From Podarcis filfolensis (lineage: Eukaryota), in the NCBI GenBank assembly GCA_964270895.1, contig OZ185437.1: a stretch of DNA of 64,000 nucleotides. One strand, 5' to 3'. The notes beneath the pieces were generated by a model, which searched no databases, had not been told where the DNA came from, and was given only the letters and a program-made list of their open reading frames with translations. A program made the translations under genes and the position numbers. Of the stretch, positions 10,068 through 23,877 are shown in pieces (position 1 is the stretch's first letter; each line of letters begins with the position of its first letter).

Positions 10068-12486
10068 GTCTGGCGCGGGGAGGGACTCTGCCTTCTCCCG
10101 ATTGCCTGTCTTTTTCCTGGATTTTATCATCTCTAAATTACTCTCAAGCCCTGTGTGTGTGTGTGGCTGACAGACAGTACAGGCAGTTAATGGGTGACAC
10201 TGGCAGGTTTATGGTGGCTCCTTGTCAGGTACCTTCTTGCAGGGGGGAGATACCTTGCACCCCCTGACTTTGACACCATCAGCAGCCTGGGTTTTTCTGT
10301 ACCTTTGTTGGGAGTTGGAGCTCATCTACTCCCACCTACTGCCAGTCGCCTCCCACCAATCTCCCCCTGTTGCTACCACCATGTTTTTGGGCCTAGGATG
10401 ATGGCTGGCTAATGGATGTGGGCAAGTTATGCTGCAAGGCCACCTTCTGCTGCTCAGGGCCAGCAGATTCCTGCCGCCATTTTACATTACGGAACTGCTT
10501 GGTGCATGGTGGTGGTGGGGACAATGACTTATGCCCCCAAATCTGGGGCTAATTGTGCCATTGTAGTGAATACTTTCAATTCAAGAGGCAGAGAAAGTTG
10601 GTCCAAATCTTCACTAAACCTAGACTAAAGTTATTTCTATAGAATACATGGGACAGTGGTTAGATTTTTGAGAGATTAACTGGGAATCTATGCTAACCCT
10701 GCAGAGCCAAACAAGTTCTTCATGCTGTGATCCTAAGTGTCCTTACTCAGGAAAAGAACAACCAGAGCCAATGGGGGGTTGTACCAGTTTGTATACATGC
10801 TATCATTTAGCAGGGACAGATCTTATTCCATATTGGGATATTATACTGAAAGAAAACAGGGAAGAACAGAGTTCCGATCTAACTTGTTCCTATCCTACCT
10901 TCAGTCTTTAACTGTCCTTGCTATGTCAAGTTAGAATGGACCTTTTGGGAATGAAGGGAGGGGTAGAATAATGTTCAAGGCATGGGAAGAGCTTACCAGA
11001 GTGCTTCTGTCCAGTATGAAGCCTAAGAGACCATCTTGAGCTGTTCTATATCTAGGTTATGTTGCAAATTTAGAAGACCTCAGAAATCTGTTTCATCATT
11101 TTCAGATGCTTTTGTAGCCACCCACCCAAATCCACTAACAGTTTTGAACATTGTATGGCTCTCCTATCATCGAGGCCTCTCTTTCTTAAAAGCGCCATAT
11201 GGAGTCATGAGACAGCCTGTCTCTCCAGAACTGGGGAGTGGGGAGAGAGCAGATTGGCGCTATTTAGCCCCACATGGCAAGTATTTCTTAATTACCAATG
11301 GTATGATCGGTACCATATCAAATACAGAGGTTAAGAGCTTCTTCCACATCTTGCCTGGTTGGGAATTGTATTCTGTGATGGTTCTCTGCCAACTTTGGTG
11401 GGGCAAATGGTCTGTCTCCTTCTTCTTTCCAACCTATGCCCACATCCCCACGAAGATGTAACAGAAGACTGAGAATTATGTCAGGATTTTCCACTAAAAT
11501 TTTATTCAGTTATCAAATTTTCAGTATGCCAAAAAAAACGCTTGCATTTTTCAGCTTGGCTATTCCATACTAAAGTAGTATGCTAGAAGAATAGCTAGGA
11601 ACACAAAAGGACACCTGTGCAGTCAGCAGAGCACATGGCATCAGAGGAAAGCATCTCTCTTTGGGTTATGGCAAACATGTGTCACCCTCCTTCCCTCATT
11701 GTAATCATGTATCTCATTAGCAAGTTTCAGAGATACAGCACGTTTAAAAGCACAAAGCTAACGCTGCCTAAAATCTCCTCTCTTTCTTCCAGTCCTCTAT
11801 ATTTTGATAATCTATGTTTTTTAAAAAGAGTAAGGCTCTACTGATGGGGGCAGGGGCTAAGCTTAAGGCTTCCAACCAGAGTCAAACAACTTGAGGCCTT
11901 GCAGGAGAAAATCGGAGCATGAAATTCTGAATAGCAATAAAGGACAGAGCATGGGATAGACTCGGTGCTTTTTTTCAATGGCACGTAGTACCAGCACTCC
12001 TCTCCGCAAACAAATCTTGCAATAAGGTAAATATAGAGTGGGGTCAACAGGTTGCACTGTTCCCCCTCGGCTGCCCCAAAATGCACTCTCTCCTGCTGGA
12101 TGCGCTGCCATGCCACTGCCTCGATGCGCCATGAGTGGCTAGGCGAGCATGAGCACAGCTTCCCTTTCATCTCTGCTGACTCTTTCCATGTCTGCTCAGC
12201 AGGGGAAGGGGAGGGGAGGGAGGGAGAGAGAGAGAGAGAAGGGAAGGAGGCAGCAGCCTCTGTTGCTAGCACCGCTGCCCTCCACTCTGTGACTGGGGCA
12301 AACCCTAGAGGCAAGCACAGACTGGTAGCTGGGAGGAGGGGAAGGGAGGAGAATATTTTGTGAGAACTCAGATATTGTCCAGCTGTTTGTTGGATGTTGA
12401 CTATCTGTAACGGGCACTCCAAAAAGCATTGGATTTCAGTATTGGTAAGTTAACAGCTGATATTTTGCATTATTTGATAAACATGC

Positions 12487-12487
12487 A

Positions 12488-12535
<48 letters not shown>

Positions 12536-12862
12536 TATTTGTACCCCACCCATCTGACTGGGTTCCCCCAGCCACTCTGGGCAGCTTCCAACAAAGATTA
12601 AAAATACATTAAAATGTCACACATTAAAAACTTCCCTGAACAGGGCTGCCTTCAGATGTCTTCTAAATGTCAGGTAGTTGTTTATCTCTTTGACATCTGA
12701 TGGGAGGGCGTTCCACAGGGCGTGCGCCACTACCGAGAAGGCCCTCTGCCTGGTTCCCTGTAGCTTTGCTTCTCGCAGTGAGGGAACCGCCAGAAGGCCC
12801 TCGGCGCTGGACCTCAGTGTCCGGGCAGAATGGGTGGAGACGCTCCTTCAGGTATACTGGGC
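12487..12862 (-). mobile_element. L2 LINE 3' fragment with (ATT)n tail
   Basis: (ATT)n 12487-12537, then ccatctgactgggttccccagccactctggg...gaaggccctctgcctggttccc; same family as 46896-47721 and 15379-15900. Confidence 0.88.
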
Positions 12863-14666
12863 AGATAGCACTGACAGCTGGCATCCAGGCATATATCCCA
12901 TTGGTATTCAAACTTTTGACCTTCATGGAACACCTTCTGCATCAACCTCTCTCAAATTTCTTTGTGTCTGCCATAGAATATGCAGAATTGGATTCTGGGG
13001 CATGTTCTAAGTTCACAGTACACAGAGATGTTGTGAGAACTCAGAATTCCAAGCTATGAATTGAGACTGTCCTAGAATTGGGGCAGGCAGAAGAAAGACT
13101 GGGCTCTACTATAGTATATCAACAGGTGATTTAGAGTAGATCATCAAGGATTTCTAATAGTTTGATAATATCATCAACAAAAACATTTAATAAAGAGTTG
13201 AGGTAACCCTGGAAGGAATTATTACATGAAAGATTGGTGAGCACAGTGTTGGTACTGGAAACAAATTACTGGCCTGAGCATGTGCTCAGAGGCACCCAGT
13301 TCCTTACTTTTAAATGTACATTCACCACCTTGAAGCACTATTTTGCGCCTGGCTCTGGGTGATAGACCTCAGGTTTCTAGTGAAAAATGAATGTTTGCAC
13401 ATTACAGAGGAAAATCACTTGTGGGGGCCAACATGTTGAGAGCCTTCTGAGAAACTTTCGGAGAGCTTCGGGTACCTCAGAAAATAGACTGAAAACCACC
13501 AAAGTATCAGAATTAACTGCTATTTTAAGACTGGCGTTCAATGATATTGACAGGTGACATTTAACAGCTTTTAAAAATCATATGCATTTGACAGATAACA
13601 TACTTCAGTATTTAGTACCTGACAGCATTTAATAAATAGCAAGCAATGATCATTAGTATTTGATGACTGTTTGTAAGACTCCATATCTGAAACCTGCTGC
13701 AAGTAAAAACAATCAAGCGTTGCTGACATCTACAGCGTTCAATTTTCAAATTTTGAGCTGTATTTTGAATGTGAATTTTGAAATGTAACATTGACCATAG
13801 CCTCCGAATAGTTTATTCTAAATTGGGAATTGCTGGTGAATTTTGAATATTTGCAAACATTTGTTTCAGCTCCAGCCTATGCAAATCAGAGAAATTCTGT
13901 TGGACGGCCCTCTGAAAAGTGGCGGGAGTCAAATATTGTCTTTCTTTTAGCAAGTTAAATGTATGCAGGCATCAACAGACGGTGATTATGAGAAATCCTG
14001 CTTGAACAAAGTAACAGTATTCCCTTCCCTCCTACCTACTGCCAATGGCACAAGAGTGGGTGGGGAGCTGCCCATAAATAGTTTGGCTGCTGTTTGTCAG
14101 AAACAACAGTTGAAACATCCTTTTAGAATTGCTACTTCAGCATGTGCTAAAAATGACAAAGCCATCCAGATTAAATGGGTCCGCTGAGAGCCTTCATTCC
14201 AAGGCACGGCTATAAAACTATTGGTGGGTGGCCGACATCGCTGGCCCCCCTCATTATAATTTCATTGTGTTTATATGGCCTACTGCACCATGGAAGTCCC
14301 CAGTTTTTTAATGTATTTCATTGACTGGGGCAGTTTGACATTCATATTTATACATCCTTGTGGCATTGCAATGCACTCTTCTGTTCTTGGTGTCCAAAGC
14401 ATTTCGTAAAATGGTGTGAGGAAGATGAACGTTCAAACCTTGGCCCCATGAACTGGGCTATATTGTCATGAGGTAACTGAAAATTGTGCTGGTTTGCAGC
14501 ATACTTATTATAACCCCACCTATTGTTTTCAAATTAAACCAGAAGTAAACATAATATAAACATGTTAGTACCTTAATATTAGTACCAAATTAACAACCCA
14601 TCGGCAAAAATACAAAGACTTATAAAGTTATAGTTAGCAAATGTGCCTTTCTCTTTTTCTTTGCAG

Positions 14667-14720
14667 AACTTTTATTTCAAGTTATTTCTTGTCATGAATG
14701 TGGAGCAGTTACCACCTTTG
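14667..14720 (+). CDS. Host-gene exon (ELLFQVISCHECGAVTTF, phase 1-1)
   Basis: Long polypyrimidine acceptor cctttctctttttctttgcag; donor TTG|gtagga; 54 nt, open. Confidence 0.65.
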
Positions 14721-14881
14721 GTAGGACTGCCAGGTTAGGGCAATGTTGTAGGAAGAGGTTTTTATAGTAATAAGCCAAATCACTAAGTGAGACCTTTTGT
14801 TAATCCCCACATTAGCTCTCCTCGGTATTTGGGAACAACAGAGAGGTATTTAATGTTTTGCTTAGGACAAACATTACCCAG

Positions 14882-15071
14882 CAGGAGTGGCAACTTGAAT
14901 GAAATATTGCGGGGGCCCAGGTAAGCCCCACCCTGCATAATCGGTCACATGACACAGTGCACACACACCATTTGAATGGCAATGGCCATCAACTTTGCAG
15001 GGGCTTGGCCCCCTCAAATATTTCATTGTGGGGGCTGAAGCCCCCACAGACCCTTGGAGTTAGCTCCTGTG
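14882..15071. mobile_element. hAT-like MITE (~190 bp)
   Basis: Ends caggagtggcaact and agttagctcctgtg; inverted copy of 34549-34741. Confidence 0.7.
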
Positions 15072-15378
15072 TTACTCCTATATCAGTTGGTCTGTTTATT
15101 TATGAAAACAGAAAGCAAGTATACTTGATTTCAGGATAATGTGTTTGCAAGCGCATGGAACTGTTAGCTGACAGGGGTGCATTCCCCAAATATCGGTATC
15201 ACTAGACCCTGGGAAAGGAATCAAGCAGGTTAAAGCTATGGTGTTTTAATGTTTTTTACCTTGGCAATGCCATAAATAATCTTATTATTATTATTTGGCT
15301 TTTTATTCCTATTACCAATACATATAACTGTCTGTACTTCATTTCTGTATAAATACAATACAATAACAAATAACTAAG

Positions 15379-15900
15379 ATGATGAGGTTGAATCCTGACA
15401 AGACAGAAGTACTGTTTTGGGGGGACAGGGGGCAGGCAGGTGTGGGGTACTCCCTGGTCCTGAATGGGGCAACTGTGCCCCTGAAGGACCAGGTGCGCAG
15501 TCTGGGAATCATTTTGGACTCACAGCTGTCCATGGAGATACAGGTCAATTCTGTGTCCAGGGCAGCTGTCTACCAGCTCCATCTGGTACGCAGGCTGAGA
15601 CCCTACCTTCCTGCGGACTGTCTCACCAGAGTGGTGCATGCTCTAGTTATCTCCCACTTGAACTACTGCAACACGCTCTACGTGGGGCTTACCTTTGAAG
15701 GTGACCCGGAAACTACAACTATTCCAGAATGCAGCAGCTAGACTGGCGATTGGGAGCAGTCACCGAAACCACATAGCACCGGTCTTGAAAGATCTACATT
15801 GGCTCCCAGATGTCAAAGAAATAAACAACTATCTGACGTTTAGAAGACATCTGAAGGCAGCCCTGTTTAGGGAGGTTTTTAATGACTGATGTTTATGTTT
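15379..15900 (+). mobile_element. L2 LINE 3' fragment (RT C-terminus), internally deleted
   Basis: LNPDKTE...LGIILDSQLS...ISHLNYCNTLYVGL and KLQLFQNAAARL...LHWLP are L2 hallmarks. Confidence 0.92.
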
Positions 15901-18900
15901 ATTATGTGGAATAATGAACTGAAGAGCAGAAGAGCATAGATGACATCACAGGGAGAGAGGCCACCTTTAGGTTACTATGACAAGGAGTCTAGGTGTGTTT
16001 ATCCCTTTCGGACCTTCGTACACAATGCAAGAAGGTTGGCTTCAAGCTGATACAGGTGGGGGCATGGTGTGGGGAAGCAACATGCATAGTTCTGCTTCTC
16101 CCTATGTGAGTTCAGGAAATAACACCTGACCCTAGCTGATTCAGCTTATGGAAGGTAAATTCACCCAACTGAGTATTCTTACAGTAATACAAATGTGCAG
16201 AAAATTATTTTCCAGACCTTTGGCATGAGGCTGGAGTGAAATGGAACCAGTAGTGGAATTCTAATCCAAAAAGGTTGTTCCTGGCCCTCACAGATGATAC
16301 AGGGTTGCACTGTAAAACCACCGTAATCCACACCACTACAATGCGCCGCACGCGCTCAAGAGCAAGAATGATGTGCAGAACCAGAAACTCAAGTACACGA
16401 TCTCATCCACAAACTACACATCAACTAACGTGCATCTATGAAATGCATCACCAGGGAATTGAACATTCATAAAATTGATACATTTTAAAAATCTGTCTTA
16501 GAGGACAGGTCAGAGAAACTTACCTTACAGATGGAGTACCGTATAGTAAAGAGTTCCAAGAGCAGCTGGTGAATCCTTGACAAAGAAAGGGGTTAGGAAA
16601 AGTGAACCAAGAAGTCACAAGCTGCTCACCAACTTCATACACACATCAGACTGCTTAAATTGTTGCTTGGCCCGGCCAAGCACTCAGCTGCACCCAGAAG
16701 CTTCATGTTCCATTGATCGGCCTGTGCATTTGTTGCACTTTCCAATATTCTAAAACTAACTAATGGAGGGCTCGTCCATATTGCTGTTTCATGTGGATTG
16801 TAAGCTCCAAATCACTGCCTTTCCACACTTTCTGCTCCCACTATTCAGATGTTTTCATACCCTCTCCCATGCTCAATAGTTGCTGAATGAACTTCCTTTA
16901 AGAGGTTGTGGGTCGTGGTTTAAAACAACTACTCTTTGTTTTAAAAATGAGAGATCCTTTATACAGTAATGAAAGAAAGCCAAACCTCAAAAATGTTCCA
17001 GATAGCCAGCACTTTGGGCTAAATATCATTAATGTGCAGTGTGCATTCTTGACTCCTCCAGTGTCCTGATGTGACGTCAGGACATCACGCCGAAGGTCAG
17101 CCTCCCTCCAATCTCCTTCACAAGTTGGCGCCTCTGCTGTAAGGGAAGGCAGATGAGATTCTGACAATGAAATAAATATTGTGCTTTCTTCTCAGTAACG
17201 GATGCTTAAGCGGTATATGGATAGAGGTGAGAAAGCCAAAGTCCAGCAGGGGAAGCACTATGGCTTTTCCTATTCTTTGTCACCAACATATTGATAGTTC
17301 TAATTTTCTAGGGAATGGCACACACGTGATCTTAACTGGGTTTCCACATCTCTTAACACAGCAGGAATATCTATTTCCACTTAGAGCTGCCAAACTGTCT
17401 CATCTCTAAGCTTAAGCACACCAGGCAGCAACTCCTGATCTGAAAAGGCGGCAGGGGAGGACTGCATATATTAATACTGTAAACATAACATTTTATTTCA
17501 TCAATAAAATATTGAGGGTGATATCCAATGTTAGTCATCCTTAGAGGAGACCCACTGAAATCAAAGGCCTGCAAAAAAATACTTAGGTTTATTGATTTCA
17601 ACAATGCTTTTGTTGTTGTTAAAAAGGAGGTGCTTGTTCTCCTATCTTGATTGTGAAATGCCTCTCCCATACCCTCTCCTCTTCTTGTGCCCCCTCCTCC
17701 CTTCCCTATAATTGATAATAACAATTATAAAATACGCTGATTTTAACCTTGCATTCTTCTGATTGTTCCATCAGCACAAACATTTTGTCTTGCCAGATGG
17801 AATGATCCCTCCCTTCTCCTCCCCGCTCTATGCTGCTCCGTGGGTTCTCCTGACCCCTCTCCAGCCAACTGGGGAGGAGGGGAAGACCACCCACAGGGCT
17901 TCTGCTAATAGGATTCTCAAAATATCTAATCATTTATGGACAATGTTGATTACTTCCAATGATAAAGAATTAAACACCAATGGTCACATTGCAGTGTGTA
18001 GCAGAGCACACACTGTTTGCCATGGGTGTGTGGAATAGTTCAAAATTAAATAGAGGAGGGTTCTTGATGCTCACCTCATGCCTACCAAGGGAAGCCAGTG
18101 CTACGTCCTGCTGGTCCTTGTTTGTAGCAATCACACAATATTGATTTTTCTACACACATGCAAAAGCACAAGTGTGGATGCTGTTGTTGCCTAATACCAA
18201 AAGAAGCATTCCCAGGTACCAGGGGAAAGAAACAAGGTGCACACTATCTCTTGCACACACACTATCTCTTGCACACACACTCTCTCACACACACACACCA
18301 TATACATGCATTCACCATACACATACAGGCCACAAACATGCATTTCCCTGTCTCTGTCTCTCACTTACTCTCATGCCACCTAGATCTCTCCCTCTGTCCA
18401 AGTGCACCTCTTCCACCGTCAGAGACCTCACATACGTACTTCCTTATCTCTCACATGCACACAGATAACATCCAGATCTCTCCCTTCCTCCATCCCACAT
18501 GCACACCCCACAAATACATCTCTACCTATCTTGTGCAAATCACACATACATACCTTGCTCAGTCGTACACATGCTACATGAGCACTCCACCCACAATTCA
18601 GAAAAGTTATTCCCTGGGGCAAAGGAAGTACCTGCTATGCAAGGATACCCCCACCCTGACTTCCCTCTTCAACCATTGGTTTCATAGGACAAATTTCTCA
18701 CGGTGATGAATATTGTGTCCATTTATCTTCTAAGGTCCCCGTGCATATATACTACATCAGCACAAAACATTTCATTTTCACCAACAATAGACTTCACAGC
18801 TAGCTTTGTAATACAAAGATCCGCATATTTTGTCCTGGCTATCCCCTGTCTTCTGTTGTTCTTAAACCTGGCCTTATATATTTTACTTCTATTTCAGTCT

Positions 18901-21140
18901 CACCAACTTCCAAGTATGGCACAACTTCTAAGCATATAGTAGAAAATAACTCTCATTGAACTAAATGCTGAAATAAAGGAAGGACAAGAAGCATATTAGA
19001 GTGTGGGTAATACTGGAACTTAAGCTCAAAAGAAGCAGCCTTTCAGTCCAATTTTATTGCCATAATAGAACTAAGGAAACCAAGCCTGTTAACTTTCTGA
19101 CCCACTGATGGCACATTCTGAAATATCTACAATTGGTCTTCCAGTGCATTGCTGTCTAATATTTAGCTTCTGTGCAAGAACAATGCCACTTAGTTTTAAA
19201 TCTGTGAAAAATCAATGGTTCTAACAAATCTCTGCTACTTGACTATTTTGTTGTATTCCTTTGACCAGAGGAATAGCAGTCTCTTCATCCCCCCCCCCCC
19301 AGCCAGCCCCAGTTCTGAATAGCAGGATCGGTTTCATGAGACATTTGGATAGGCCTATATTCACAAATGAATAAAAATGAGTAAAGTCTTCTGAATCAAA
19401 GGTAAGCCAAAACTGGAACCCAGAAGCACAAGGCAACCCAGAGAGCCCATCTGCAGCCAAACCATGCAGCAGACCCAGACACAGCTTAAAGGCTGGCAAC
19501 AAGACTGCCTGCAAAATCTGCCAAGGAGCCAGATGCTGTTGCTTCCAAAGCTTGGCATGAGGGTCCCCGATTGCCATCCAACAGAGAGGGAAAAAGAGGA
19601 ATGATATAATGTGGTGGGATACAACACATCCCACCTCAACCTATTTCATTGCTCATCAAAAAAAATGTGGAAGATGGTATTGGAAACATATCATTGTTTT
19701 TGGAAATACATACATTAGCCACAACAGAACACATGCCAGTTTGGAAATGGAGTACTTGCTTAAATGTATGTGTGACTTTAAAAATAAAAATAAAAGATTG
19801 GTGTGTGCGTTAGATTTGGGTATATCTATATGTAAGGTGCATCCTTGTGCATTTCCTTACTATCACGGTGGTTATTGTCAAAACAAACGCATGCATATAT
19901 CACAGAAACAATGCTGCCTTCTTGTGATAACATTTCAAAATTCTCTACCTTACTACAGCTGCCCTTGTTCAATTTATCTTTGGAACAAGCAGAAGCAAGC
20001 TGATGATTTTAAAATGTTCAAAAAGAAGAAAAACAATTGCCATCTGAGATTCAGCGCAGGGAATAGCATTTATTAATGCTTTTGCCTTGCTAGCCTTTCC
20101 AATGCACCATTGAAATGCAAACCTATTAGGTCATTTTAAAAAATACATATTGTTTTTACAAGAAGGTAACAGCAAAAAAGTCTCAAGGCTATTGTATTTG
20201 TTGCTTTGAAAAATTATAAACAGCAACCAATTTCCCACTAATATATCCGCCTATTGTTTTTCTTAATATATTCTCAGAGGATTTCTATAGCATAGTGTGA
20301 GACATGGAACAAATATTGTACATAGGAGCATGTCAACGAAGGAGGCAAATTAGGCAACCTGCTGGAGCAGAACCATCTAGGTGGGTGCCCATTATTACTT
20401 TGAGAGTCCAAATGTTGGTACTGCTTCCAGCATAGCTGGTTCCCTGTGTGAACTGCTTGCCCAAGAATTCTCTGCAACCTTGAAGGAGTTATGAGGGGCA
20501 CACTCAGACTTTTTCAGGTTACCTTGCCTAGCTTGTTGGTGCACCCTTCCTGCATGCACTGGAGCTGGTGCGCATGTTGTCATAAGCTTATATGTGAAAT
20601 GGGAGCTGTTTGACTAGGAACAAATACTAGTGCAGGCATCTAGGTCACAACTGCTGAAACGAGAATGAAAGTCTGTATAGCTGGAGTGCTTAATATGGCA
20701 CCATAGGTGCTTATATAAGCACAAACCAGGCAGCTAACTGGTGTTACTTATATTAAGCCCTGCAGCCCCACCCTTGCTGGTCCATCATCAGGAACAGAGC
20801 TTGGCAAATATGTCTCTAGGTGAGTGGTCCACCATAGAATGTCTCCTTGCTCTTGAAGGCCAGGAGGCGATTGTGGGTGTCCCAAGAAGAGCCCAGGAAA
20901 ATAGCTTGGGGATCTAAGGGTGGAATCTAAGGGTGGGGAAAGGGCAAATTGTCCTGGTCTTAGGAAGTACTGTGGCCTGCAGGGACCTCCCCTTCCACCA
21001 AGGCTGCAGTCCTAAACCCCCTTTCCTGGAAATAAGCCTTACTGAATTCAACAGGACTTACTTTTGAGTAGACTTGCTTAGGATTCTGCTGTTAGTTGAC
21101 ATTTTCATCCACTATGAGCCCAAAATCTTTATCCTGGTTA

Positions 21141-21478
21141 GGTAAAGGTAAAGGAACCCCTGACTGTTAAGTCCAGTTGTGGCCGACTCTGGGGTTGCGG
21201 CGCTCATCTCGCTTTACTAGCCGAGGGAGCCGGCGTTTGTCCATAGACAGCTTCTGGGTCATGTGGCCAGCATGACTAAGCCGCTTCTGGCGAACCAGAG
21301 CAGTGCATGGAAACATCGTTTACCTTCCCGCCAGAGTGGTACCTATTTATCTATTTGCGCTTGACGTGCTTTCGAACTGCTAGGTTGGCAGGAGCAGGCA
21401 CTGAGCAACGGGATCTCACCCCATCGCAGGGATTCGAACCACCAACCTTCTGATCAGCAAGCTCTAGGCCCCTGTGGT
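21141..21478 (-). mobile_element. Sauria SINE (head truncated)
   Basis: (ggtaaa)n tail, gactctggggttgcggcgctcatctcgc, cttccc gccagagtggtacctatttatc, B-box gggattcgaacc. Confidence 0.92.
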
Positions 21479-21489
21479 CATTACCAATT

Positions 21490-21735
21490 CAAGCATTTGA
21501 ATCCAGCATTTGAAGTTAAGATTTTTGCCTCAATGTACTTAACGTAGAATCTGTTTTGCCATTTTGTTGCCCATCCACCAAGTTTGGAGAGATCTCTTAG
21601 GAGCACTTTGCCAGCCCTCTGTGTTTTTACCATTTCTAAATAATTCGTTATAAACTGCAAACTTGGCACTTCACTGCTGTATCATTTATGAAAACTTAAA
21701 TAGCACTGGCTTTGGGGGAGCCCACTGCCCTCCAT
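21490..21735 (-). mobile_element. CR1 LINE RT fragment
   Basis: SGLPQ...PVLF..FIND and MVKTQR...LLRDLSKLGGWATKWQ..F (ORF 21481..21669) match the CR1 RT region around the catalytic ADD motif. Confidence 0.85.
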
Positions 21736-23782
21736 ATTGAGAGCTGCCGTTTTACATCTAACCTTTTCTTCTTGCACAGTTGTGTGAACTAATATGTAAT
21801 AGGAATACAAAAACACTATTAAATCAAACTGTCATTATAAAACATCATGGTCCAGCGTCTCCTTGTGAGATGGATTTCTGAATTCACCACAGCTGATTGA
21901 TCAGTGGGAGGGCTGACATGCTTTCAGCTTCCATTGGCATCAGTAGGTGTTTTGTCTGAGTAAAGGGTTAATAAGGATTTCAGGATTTATCTCAGTAGGA
22001 GATAGATAACCTGGGCTTATACCATGATAAAATGGATGAAATCTGTCCTTAGTTGAACTCCTTTAATAGCTACTTAAGAAAGCAAACGTATTCTCTTTTT
22101 TATCACAATAAACTGAATGCCAAGTGTGCATTTACACTGACAAAGTATATGCACTTTATTAGTTTACCTATTGTTTAAATATAAGGAAGAACTAAGGCCC
22201 CTTAAAAATATAATCTTGTACTGACACCTTCCCTGAATCTCTGAAATGTTTTGAAGACAAATAGGGGGCAAGTTAAAATCAAAGTAGGCAGAAACATGAA
22301 CCTCTTATTTTCCAGAGCAGGACTGATATAGCTGCAACTCATTGGATTAGCTCAGCTCCAACCCAAAGAGCTTACTCTTCTCTTTGTTCACAGCTTGAAC
22401 GTGGGCTTGTTGTGTCGGAATAGGTCTACTGAACCCAAACAGATGAGCATACTCCAGTGCTTAGGAGAACATTTTATGCTCATTATGCATGCAACAGAAT
22501 GCCAAAATGTGTCCCCTGGAATCAGAATATAAGGTAAAGAGGACATGCTGTAGTCAGAGGCCTCTAAATTTATGAAACCCAAACCCTATGCAGAGAAAGC
22601 TTCAAAACTCACCAGAATATGCTATCCATAAACACACACATGCACACACATCTGGCTGAAGATATTGCATTTGCTTATTATGGGACATGGCGTGTTCCTG
22701 GCAGATATTAAAGTGGCATTTGGGAGGTCTGTGAATCTGGAGTTGATAAATGCTAGGGAAGGAATGTGATGGTGTCTGATAGAGCCCTGACACTACCAGC
22801 ATCATTATTTTCTGTGGGAATTTTGACACGCTTGTCATACTAATTGGCACTTGACACGTTCTGTGTCAATCCCTGTGACCACAGAATTTCAGAATCCAAA
22901 GGTCCCTGATTCCTGTAGAGATGGTGGCAAAGCAAGGAGATACTGAGCTAATGATAAACTGAGCAGATACTGACTAAATAAGTACTGTAAATCAGAACTC
23001 CAAGTTGACTCCTCCAGGCGTGGTGTTGCTAAGAACATTCAGAGAAGGACTTTCTGACATGGTAAACAAAGTGGTAGTGGGTGTGTGCTTTCTTGTGTAA
23101 GGCCAGCCATATTTTAAAAAATAGATGGAAGCAAAACATCAGCTAAACATCCCAAAATGTTATGATCTAAGCGCCAAATTCATCTCTGCCACAACTAAGG
23201 GACCATACATTATGGAATGTCATGAGCTATCCATGATTTGTGTCATTGCAGAGGATGATAAATCACTGCTAAGGACATAACAACCAGCCTCATCACCACA
23301 ACATAATAGATCATGATGTATCAGGATCTTCTCTGAAATATTATTTACAGTTAGCAGGGGGTTGGAATGTCAATGTAGAAACCGATATTAATCTTCCCTG
23401 TACTGTGCCAATGTGTACAGCCAGGTCCCTGCCTTAAGAAGAGCAGGGGCCATGATTTTCGGCTGCAATAAGGCATCTGAATGGAATTTAATGTTAATAT
23501 CTGTGGGGAAAGTGGAGCAAGCTAAAAATAATCTCGCTAGTTATAGCTTCTTAACTTTTATTGGTATGCCATGATATAATTCTCTGTCTCATCTGAGGTA
23601 TATATAACAGACTAGACATGCTGAGAAAATCTTTCTTTTTCAAGCATCACTGTGGAAGTGAAGGAGTGAAAATGCTAACCAAAATGTAACCTCACAGAGG
23701 GTATTACTGCAGCACTCTTAAGTCATGGAGTCATGTTTCCCTGTGTGACAGATTTGGGAAGCATACCTATAACAATGTTTAT

Positions 23783-23877
23783 CAGAGGTGCCAACGTGGT
23801 GCCCTCCAGCCACTGTGGACTACAACTCCTATCATCTGGGGGCAAACATCTGGAGGGCGCTACATTGGGGAAGACTG
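23783..23877. mobile_element. Short hAT-like MITE (ccctccag...gactacaactcc...ctggaggg family)
   Basis: Inverted ends gtgccctccag and ctggagggcgc; related decayed copies at ~28405-28492, 42375-42443, 52873-52960 and 56887-57010. Confidence 0.7.

Noticed and set aside
11838-12429. 194-aa ORF and overlapping ORFs
   Set aside because: Low-complexity GA/CT tract plus repeat remnants; no domain or splice structure.
17072-17079. Perfect CRE TGACGTCA in a small hairpin
   Set aside because: A single 8-mer is expected by chance at about this frequency.
18158-18706. 182-aa His/Thr-rich ORF
   Set aside because: Product of CA-rich low-complexity sequence.
20687-20758. 16-bp perfect palindrome gtgcttatataagcac in an imperfect hairpin
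   Set aside because: Short, AT-rich and single copy; probably a decayed repeat.
22394-22531. Exon-like segment with good acceptor and donor
   Set aside because: All three frames contain stops; at most a non-coding or poison exon.
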